Assembly: GCA_965198065.1 (NCBI GenBank) | Contig: CBDAON010000004.1 | Span: 1,824,001 to 1,888,000 of the forward strand | Reading direction: 5' to 3' | DNA from: Longimicrobiales bacterium | Lineage (GTDB): Bacteria; Gemmatimonadota; Gemmatimonadetes; Longimicrobiales; Gaopeijiaceae | DNA: 64,000 nucleotides | Shown here: positions 56,257-64,000 of the stretch, in pieces | Layout of the letters: each line of letters starts with the position of its first letter | Numbering within the stretch: the first letter of the stretch is position 1 | Made by a program: the position numbers and the translations under genes | Notes under the pieces: model-generated | What the model was told of the DNA's origin: nothing | Database searches by the model: none | What the model saw: only the letters and a program-made list of their open reading frames with translations

Positions 56257-57118
56257 TCCGGTGCCCGTGCTCCTGGCTGAAGCGGATGGGCCGGACGATC
56301 TCGGCCCCCGCCTCTTCCATCCGCTCGAATACGGGATCGGTGTCGGTGTAGGAGAAGGCGAGGTGGTCGATGGCCGAGCCGTCGGTCACGCCCAGGTCCC
56401 GGTCCACGCTCGGCGGATACCAGTACGGGCGCTCCTCGTCCGGATCCTGGGCCTGCCAGATGATCACGTTGATGTTGTCCACCCGGAGCACCTGGTTCGC
56501 CGAGCCCCGCGGCTCCATCCCAAGATGCCTCTCGAACCAGCGGGCGGTGGCCTGGGGGTCGTTGGCCAGGAGGTGGATGTGCTCGAAGCGGTGGTTGCGG
56601 CTCCCGGTGTAGACCTCGATCACCTCACCGTCGGGGCCCCAGAAGTACATGTAGTTCTCGTCGCTTCCCCTCAGCGACGAGATAGGGGTCTCCACCTCGA
56701 TCCCCTCCCGGGTCCGCCATTGGAACTCGGTCTCCCCGTCCACGCCGGCCCAGCCTACGTGCCAGAGCGCCGTCCCCAGGTGCGTGCGGGGTGACTGGGC
56801 GACCTCGTCGAGGAGGAGGAAGGAGCGCTCGGTGAAGAGGGCGGGGGATCGGTCCCGGTACATCACCTCGTAGGTGCCGAAGAACTTCTCATAGTAGTCG
56901 ATCGTCGCCTGACGATCGGTGACGTTCAGGTGCAGGTGATGGAAGCCCGCTGTCTCCACCTGCATGGCCGGGGAGGACGTGCCCGGCCAGGGGAGAGCGA
57001 CGAAGAGGACGAGGGCGACGAGAGCCATCCCGAAGCCAGTGTAAGCTCCGCCGGGGAGACGCCGGCCGGCCCGCTCCCCGAAGCTCGGGAGACGACCTCC
57101 GTCAGCCCCGGTCGCCAT
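56257..57118 (-). pseudogene. Exported two-domain VOC protein truncated at its 3' end by the tRNA fragment
   Basis: FHHLHLNV, WHVGW, GPDGEVIE, FEHIHL and IDHLAF. It breaks after GHRSF, where the last beta-strands (PDG..IE) are expected. Confidence 0.75.
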
Positions 57119-57194
57119 TCCTCGTCATCGTGAGAGCCGTGCGGACCACAGCCATGACTCCCGGGGGTCCCCGGAGGCGCGCCCGCGCAACATC

Positions 57195-58340
57195 CTAGAG
57201 ATCACTGCTGTCCGACGCAGCGTCGGCCTCTTCCCCCTCCTCGCCCTCGGGCTCCACCAGCTCTCCCTCCTCGAAGCGCCGCTCGCCGCGGTTGGCCGAC
57301 TGTTCCAGTTGCTCCGTCACCTCTTTCAGGAGATCCTCTGGAATCGGATCCTGGCCGACCACGTGGTTCATCGGCTCCACCGGGGTGTAGTCGAGCCAGC
57401 CGTTCCCCATCTCGGCGTAGGTGGGCAGCCCGTATGGCGTGTCCGACGTAGGGTCGGGATTGGCGGGATTGAACTCGGAGTTGTCCCACGTTGGGGTCCA
57501 GAGGAGCTTCGAGCCGGCGGGCGCGACCGGGGGATCCTTGAAGACGTACATCCGCTGCCACTCGAAGTGGTACTCGGGCACGTAGAGGAGGAGCTCCCTC
57601 CGGCCGTCCGGATACTCGAGCTCGTACTTCGCCTCCTTACCCAGATAGTGCATGTGGGGCGTGAGCGAGAGGATGTAGGTGTCCTCCTCGAACTCGAACT
57701 CCCGCGTCAGCTCGTACGCTGGATGGCCGGCGGGGATGACGAAGTCGTTGCCGACGCTGAGCACGGACCGGCGGACGAAGTGCTGGATCGTGTCTCCCTC
57801 CTCGTAGAAGATGATGGCGCCCCTCGACGCGTCGTGGAACGCCGTGCCCGGGCCGGGCTCCTTGTTGTAGTGCATCCCCAGGCGGACCCCGTCCACCGGA
57901 GGCAGGAGCTTAGCGAAGCCGTCGGGATAGACGTAGGGATCCCAACCGGGTGCGATGCAGCCGAAGGGCTCGCCGCAGGTGTGGTGGACGTGATCGCTCC
58001 CGGCCCGGAGCTCAGACGCCTTGATCCAGCGTGGCTCCGTGTGTTCCTCGGGGACCACGAGGTTGATGCCGACGTTCAGGTCGGTGAGGTCGTCCTCTAC
58101 GAAATAGGGCTCCGCGAAGCCCATCACGAGGTCCGGCTCGCCGATCCACCACTCACCTCTCTCCGCCACCTGTTTCTCGACCATGGCGAGGTCGACCGAC
58201 GCGTTCGCCGGATCACCCTCCGGAGCGCCACCCTTGCCCCATGCGATGATGGTGTTCTTCTCTTCCGGCGTGAGGTAGATCTCGCCCACGAAGGTCCCCT
58301 CGTGAACGGGGTCGGCGTGCCACGGCGGCATCCGGCCCAT
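57195..58340 (-). pseudogene. 5'-truncated copper type II monooxygenase-like domain protein
   Basis: Begins at MPPWHADP...IIAW...PEGD. Contains HVHH, MHY, PHMHYLG, YHFEWQ, DNS..NP.NPDP and EM. It lacks a signal peptide and N-terminal domain and abuts an IS fragment. Confidence 0.65.
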
Positions 58341-58351
58341 CTCAACCTGTC

Positions 58352-58500
58352 TTGTCGCTTGGTTCCTATCGGACAGCTTGGCACATGGCGCACCGGATCA
58401 GAATGGCGATGCGTGCCGAACCACTGGCTGGTTTGCTCAAGGGCACCGTAGAGGCCGACGAGACGTATGTGGGTGGTCGTAGGAAGGGCAGCAGGCCCGT
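58352..58500 (+). mobile_element. IS1595-family transposase fragment
   Basis: SYRTAWHMAHRIRMAM...LKGTVEADETYVGG (HTH end plus first catalytic Asp). Confidence 0.85.
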
Positions 58501-58743
58501 GACCGGGCAGGGACGATCGCTGGGCTCGCCGAACCGCCGAGCCCGCCGCCGCTGAACCGGGAGCCGGCCTCTCCCTCCTCCACACGAGGCCTTCCGGCGA
58601 CCGGCTCACGTAGGACGCCAGGGCCCAGAGATTGTGTTCGATCTCCTCGATCTCCACCGGCGAAACCGACGTGTTACGGCCGCGCTGGACGGTGTTCTTG
58701 AAGATGCGTTCGCCCCCGGAATCACCAACTCGGTCATCAGCAG

Positions 58744-58852
58744 GAGTAGTGATGTATAGCCAGGGTGAAGGCGTCCTCGAGGACGAAGCCGAAGCTAAAC
58801 GCTTGTATCGACTGGCGGCCGAGCAGGGAGATGCTCTAGCCCAGACCAACCT
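58744..58852 (+). pseudogene. Single Sel1-like repeat fragment
   Basis: GVVMYSQGEGVLEDEAEAKRLYRLAAEQGDALAQTNL. Confidence 0.7.
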
Positions 58853-59055
58853 CAGGGTGACTCTCGCCCAACGCTGGTTTCGGTGTCAGGTGCAGGGTAC
58901 GCTGGGGAATGCGTTGCCGGAACGTTCCGGCGCCCGTAGACTCCGACCCACACCTCTAGACGCCGACCCACGCGACCGGCCCCTGAAAAGCCGGACGGTC
59001 GTCCCGAGTCTTTCTCATCCTCAGTATGGGAGCGCACATCATGGGCACGCGCACC

Positions 59056-60207
59056 ATGTTTGAGTCCCCTATGCGCCTCGTTTCGTCCATCTCGGTCCTC
59101 CTGGGTCTACTGACTGCAGCACCGCTGGCGGCCCAGTCGCCCGGGGACGTCCTACGCGGCGATTTCCCGCAGCTCGCGGCCCTCTTCGACGCGTTCGATG
59201 TCACGCACGGGGCCCTGTTCGAACGGCTCGCCGAGATCACAGCCTCGCCCGCCTCCCAGGACGGTCAGGACCAGCTCCGAGAGATGCTCATGATGCAGGC
59301 GAACATGACTATGGAGCAGATGATGGTAATGGGAGCGGGAGACATGGACATGCCCGGAATGGCGATGGGCCCCTTCGGCGAGCTCGAGATGGGCGCCCTG
59401 ATGCAGCTGACTGAGCATACTCGCGCCGAGCACACGGCGTCCGCGGCCGACAACGCGTTCTCGAACAGCGAGCCGTTGACCCCCCGCACAGCCGCGGTGA
59501 TCCAGCGTGGTCGTGACTTCGAGGCCCGCATCTACGACATCTACGCCGACAATGGGATCACCGACAAGAACGCGGCCGTGGACGCAGCCGTCGCCGACTA
59601 CCTGAGCGAGCCCGATCTCGCGGTCCCCTCCTGGGCCAAGAGTCCCTCGATCCTCTACGGTCACCCCTTCGCCTCGGCCTTCCAAACGGGATATCCCAGC
59701 CTGAGTGGGTTGATCTGGGCCTCTCAGTGGCTTCAGCTCGCGGCCCTCGAGCCGCTGATGCTGGGAGGCAGTGGGAGTACGGTGGCGGCGGGAGTCGAGA
59801 CGACCATCGAACGGTTCTGGAGCAAGGTCGACGGAATGCAAGGGATGTCGATGCTTCCGACCGAGTTTCCGGCGGCTCCGGCGATTTCTCCCGTGCTCTA
59901 TACTCGCCACCCCGAGGCCGCGATCATCATCGACAACCTGAACCATCTCGAGACGGTGATCGCGGATGTCCTCGTGGATCCCGATGTGCAGGATCGCAGT
60001 GGCTCAATCGACGGGGCCGTCGCGGAGTACACGGACCCAGAGTCGAACCTCGCCGCAGACCAGATGGAGTACGTCCTCTCAGCCCTTCGGAATGGAATCT
60101 TCAACCAGGGTGGGCCCGCTCTCGGCGAGCTGGACGATTCCGAGAGGAACCGGTCCAGAATGCAGATGGAGATGAGAGGCCACATGGTCATGCCCGGGAT
60201 GAACTGA
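59056..60207 (+). CDS. Exported methionine-rich hypothetical protein
   Basis: Signal peptide (LAA-Q), Met clusters EMLMMQANMTMEQMMVMG..MDMPGMAMG and RMQMEMRGHMVMPGMN, helical core PEAAIIIDNL. Confidence 0.75.
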   Translation: MFESPMRLVSSISVLLGLLTAAPLAAQSPGDVLRGDFPQLAALFDAFDVTHGALFERLAEITASPASQDGQDQLREMLMMQANMTMEQMMVMGAGDMDMPGMAMGPFGELEMGALMQLTEHTRAEHTASAADNAFSNSEPLTPRTAAVIQRGRDFEARIYDIYADNGITDKNAAVDAAVADYLSEPDLAVPSWAKSPSILYGHPFASAFQTGYPSLSGLIWASQWLQLAALEPLMLGGSGSTVAAGVETTIERFWSKVDGMQGMSMLPTEFPAAPAISPVLYTRHPEAAIIIDNLNHLETVIADVLVDPDVQDRSGSIDGAVAEYTDPESNLAADQMEYVLSALRNGIFNQGGPALGELDDSERNRSRMQMEMRGHMVMPGMN

Positions 60208-60370
60208 CCGGGTCACCTCTCGATTGAACAGTAGAGGTTGAGCGGCTGCTTCATTCGACGGCTCCTCAGAGCTCCCGCTTCCCGTCGCCGGCCAGCGGGC
60301 CGCCGCCAAAGCCCTGACAGAGTGGCTCGACCGTGCCGCCCTTTCAGTCGCCGAATGGGCTCCGGCCCGG

Positions 60371-63150
60371 TCAGGGGTTCAGCCAGTAGTTCACCTTGAT
60401 CATGAAGATGTTGTCGGGCGCGACCTGGAACATGTCGCCCGCGTCTCGGCCAAGGTCGAACGTCCCCGCCCACGGCTGACCTCCCGAGGTTCCTGGGCCG
60501 TTGACCGAGTTGATCCTCCGCTGCTGCCACACGAAGAACAAAGTGGACCCCGGCCTCCACTCCCACCGAAGCACCGCGTTCCCCACCAGGCTGCGGTAGC
60601 TGAAATCTCGGTTCGACACCAGAAACGCCTCGGCAGGTCCATTGCCGTCGGGGTCGACCTCGTAGCCCCCTTCTTCTCCAGACCCCACGGCACCTACGTC
60701 TTCCCCGTACTCGATAAATTCGAAGGTGTTCGGTGCCCTGAGCTCCTTCAGGGCACCATAGTCGCCGGTCGATACGAACGGCTCCAGATAGAGCTGCAGC
60801 GAGAGAGTTGGCGAGAACGTCAGGTTCACCCGGGTCTCGAGGGACAGCCTGTTCCGGTCGATCCCCGCGAATACGTACCGGGTGCCGTACGTAGCCGCCG
60901 CCAGCGGATCGTCCACTCGAATAATGTATTGGGCGGCGGTGCGGGACCAGGAGTACGAAGGGGAAACGTCAATCTGAAGCGTCTCTTCGAACCGGGCCCC
61001 CAGGTTCACCTGGACGTTTTGGGTCCACCCCCCTCCGTCGTCCGAGCCCCATCCATACGTGGCTCTGGCCACGACCGCCCGTCGGGTATCCGAGTTCAGG
61101 TTGAACGACCCGGACCACCCGCCCGGAGTGCGGGCCATGGGACCCCCTCTCGTCAGACGATCATCCCTCGATCGGGCCGTGTAGACGACGCGGGCAGAGG
61201 TGCCCCAGTAGTTCAGAAACTCGACCCGTCCGATCCCGTTGACATTCGCGAAGAGCCGGTCGCCCGCGAGGTTCCAGATCCCGTTCCCCCCACCCAGAAT
61301 CGCGCTCCACGACCTCAGGTACCGCCCCGGGTTCGGCTGCGTGTACTGGTAGTGCGTGTCCAGGAGCACGCGGTCCGCGTTCGAATGGAACCCGAGCTCG
61401 TTCACATCGTATCCGGGGCTCACGACGGCTACGCCGTTCCGCATCGTGAAGTTTCCGGCCTGTTTGCCGAAGTACGCCATGGCGTAGTATCCGCTGAGGG
61501 ACGTCGCGGTTGGGTCGACCTCCACGTGCTCCGCGTTCGGCCTCTGGTAGTACCGGCTGGACGCCTCCTGGAGTCGAGTGATCGCGGCCGATTCTCCCCT
61601 CACCAAGCTTCCGGAGAGCAGGCTAGTGAAGAGCCAGACGCGGTCCTCGGACTCGCGCGCGAAATCGACTCCCGTCGCGTACGCCGCGGAGGGGAGCTGA
61701 CCGGCCAGTATCGTTCCGGACGGGTCACGGTTCACGGCCGTGGCGATCATGCCGAATCGAGTTCGTCCCCCCCGGATCTGTCGGCGCACACGCGCAACGA
61801 AGAAATTGGTAGGGGGCTCGACCGTCAGCTCGCGAGCCACGCCGTCGCCCTCCATGTACGACGCGCTCTCCTTCGCCGTCACCGCCTCCAGAATTCCGAT
61901 GGACCAGCCGTCTCCGACTCTCCCCGTCACCTTGGCGGCGGCCGCGATGGTGGTGGCGGTCGGCACGTCCGCGAAGGCCGCGTCGGAAGGGGGGGAGCCC
62001 CTGGGCGGCCTCCCGATTCGACGGGAATACACGAGGTCGGGCCCCGTGCCGGCGCTTCCTCGGGGACCTTGCTCACCGAAGGTGAAGATGTCCGCACCCT
62101 CGACGAAAAACGGCCTTCGCTCGCTATACCTCGTCTCGAACGCCGTGAGATTGATCACCGACGGGTCCACCTCCACCTGGCCGAAGTCGGGGTTGAACGC
62201 CGCATCCAACGTCACGTTGGAGCTGATCCGGTACTTGAGGTCCAGGCCCATGTCGGCGAAGTGGTCCGACCCGCTCCGGTAGGGGTTTCCGAAGTCGACG
62301 CCGGAGGGGCCCTCGAGCTGCAAGTACTCCCCTCGGGCCGCCACGTAGGGGAGGAGCTCGAGTCTCTGCCCGGGCTCGATCCCCTGGATCCCGTCGAGGT
62401 GGGCGAAGCGGGATACTCCCGCTCGCTCCAACACGGGTGTGAAGGGAAACGTCGCGTTCTCCTGGTTTCTATAGATGTTTCGCTCGATCTGGATCCCCCA
62501 CACCTGCTGCTCCTGGGGACTAAAGCGAAGCTGGCTGAACGGTATCCGCATCTCGACCGTCCAACCGGTCGGGGTGAGCTCCGCGGCCAGGTCCCAGACC
62601 GGCTCCCACGAGGCGTCGCCGCTTCCGGTACCGTTCCCCGTTACGATCGCGTCGCCCTTCACGCCGGAGGGTTGGTCCAGAACCGGTAGGCCGTCTCGTG
62701 ATCGTGATAGCTGTCGAGCAGGACGATGAATACGTCCGAGTCACCCAGACCCGCGTCCCTACGTGCGAGACGGGTCGTTACCGGATTCCGGTCATCCAGG
62801 ACCGCTCCGACGTAGATCGCGTCGTCGTCGTATCCGAGGCGAACCTCGGTACCCTCCGACACCGCGGAACCCTCGAAGGGGAGGGTCTGAACGAAGTCCG
62901 TGATGGGTGGGGCTTCTGACCAAACCTGCTCATCGAGCACCCCGTCAATCGAGATCGACCCGTCAAAGCGGATTGCTCGCGCTCGCCGCGCCAACGCGTG
63001 GTCGTAGTCCGCTTCGGAAGCTTGCGCGCTCACACCCATCTGTCCATCCACGACGTCTTGCGCGTGGAGGTTCGGCGGATGTAGCGCGAGGAGGGTAGCG
63101 ATCGAGAGCAGGCCGAGCCTCGACGGCGGCGCCGGTAGCAGAGGGTTCAT
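60371..63150 (-). CDS. CBM9-like sugar-binding plus DUF5916 domain outer-membrane protein (frameshift near 62665)
   Basis: IDGVLDE..W, YDDDAIYVG, LDSYHD, W.VEMRIPFSQLRF, NPDFGQVE.D, ERRPFF.EG, YSRRIG, VLRWEWRPGSTLF.VW and KVNYWL. Confidence 0.85.
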
Positions 63151-63317
63151 TAGAAACGGGGCAGGGGTAGCGAATCTCAGAGAAGCCGCAAAGCTCTGTG
63201 GATCCTGTCGATAGAGCAAGGATTGGTTGGTCGGCGCCGCTGGCCGAGCCCAGGGTCCCGACCTAACATGTGGCTCGTGCGCGTTCGCGCGGGTGATAAG
63301 GTCGCGTAGGAGGAGCC

Positions 63318-64000
63318 ATGAAAGCTATGGGGCGTCAGTGGCCGAGGGCGGTTGCGGGGTGGCTCGCGATCGCCGCCCTGGCGGCGTGCGGTGCCGAGAG
63401 CGGTGATGAAGAGGCAGTGCGGACGACGACGTACCCGACGATGACGACCGTGGAGGAGTACCGTCGCGCTATGGAGGAGCTCTCGAACTGGGGCCGCTGG
63501 GGCGAGGACGACGAGCTCGGAGCTTCGAACCTCATCACCCCGGAGAAGCGTCGTGCTGCGGCCACCCTCGTAACCGAAGGACGGAGCGTCTCGCTAGCGC
63601 ACGACGTCGTGCAGGAGGAAGCGATCGACGGGGGCACGGTTCTGGATCGACAGGTGCTTCGGGTGAGCGCGACCGGCGCCTCCGACCAGTATCAGTACAC
63701 GGGAAGCTATCACGGAACGATCCACAGCCATCTCGACGCCGTCGACTGCCACATCATGTTCGAGGGGCAGGGCTACAACGGGGTGTCAGCGGAGGAGATC
63801 GAGGCGGCCGACGGGTGTCCACGCGGCAGCATCAACGCGCTCAAAGACGGCATCGTCACGCGGGGCATCCTTTTCGACGCGACGCTGCTGCCGGGCAAGG
63901 CCACCGCCGAGGGGTGGCTGGAGCCCGGGACCCCAATCCACGCCGCCGACTTGATCGCGTTGGAGGAGATCGAGGGCGTGAGGGCCGAGCCGGGAGACGT
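63318..64000 (+). CDS. Cyclase family (kynurenine formamidase-like) metallohydrolase lipoprotein (partial)
   Basis: Manual translation: lipobox LAAC, SNWGRWGEDDELGASNLIT, HGTIHSHLDAVDCH and GIVTRGILFD; AGGAGG RBS. Confidence 0.88.
   Translation, partial: MKAMGRQWPRAVAGWLAIAALAACGAESGDEEAVRTTTYPTMTTVEEYRRAMEELSNWGRWGEDDELGASNLITPEKRRAAATLVTEGRSVSLAHDVVQEEAIDGGTVLDRQVLRVSATGASDQYQYTGSYHGTIHSHLDAVDCHIMFEGQGYNGVSAEEIEAADGCPRGSINALKDGIVTRGILFDATLLPGKATAEGWLEPGTPIHAADLIALEEIEGVRAEPGD

Overview
This is a high-GC bacterial chromosomal segment. Its gene content and style (6-bladed propellers, DUF4159 and DUF5916 proteins, many TPR and TonB-C proteins) suggest a Gemmatimonadota-like genome, which is an inference. 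Bases 1-23.5 kb are mostly minus-strand housekeeping genes: ruvA, ruvC, yebC, rhomboid, ddl, cystathionine beta-synthase, mutS, copA, holA, an ECF sigma/anti-sigma pair, NUDIX, an M16 peptidase pair, ApgM-type mutase, MscS, a sulfocyanin-like protein and argJ. Bases 24-50 kb hold envelope proteins, a PQQ-type sugar dehydrogenase, a DASS transporter, the methylcitrate genes prpDBC, a DUF4159-VOC-DUF4159 cassette, a B12-dependent acyl-CoA mutase operon with meaB, tonB-exbB-exbD-exbD and an iodotyrosine-deiodinase homologue. Bases 50-64 kb are a mosaic accessory region. It contains an LPMO-like protein, gene scraps, a tRNA-Arg 3' half fused into a truncated gene, an IS1595 fragment and a Met-rich secreted protein. 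Several genes carry 1-bp frameshifts, probably long-read consensus errors. The best leads are: (1) the mutase has the Phe/Gln signature of isobutyryl-CoA mutase-like enzymes rather than methylmalonyl-CoA mutase; (2) an att-like tRNA-Arg junction inside a protein gene; (3) a perfect 37-bp inverted copy of part of the cyclase gene 13 kb away; (4) a 29/32/29-bp hairpin repeat unit with CRISPR-like geometry but no cas genes; (5) recurrent orphan 3' gene ends. No complete novel multi-gene system can be demonstrated from the sequence alone.
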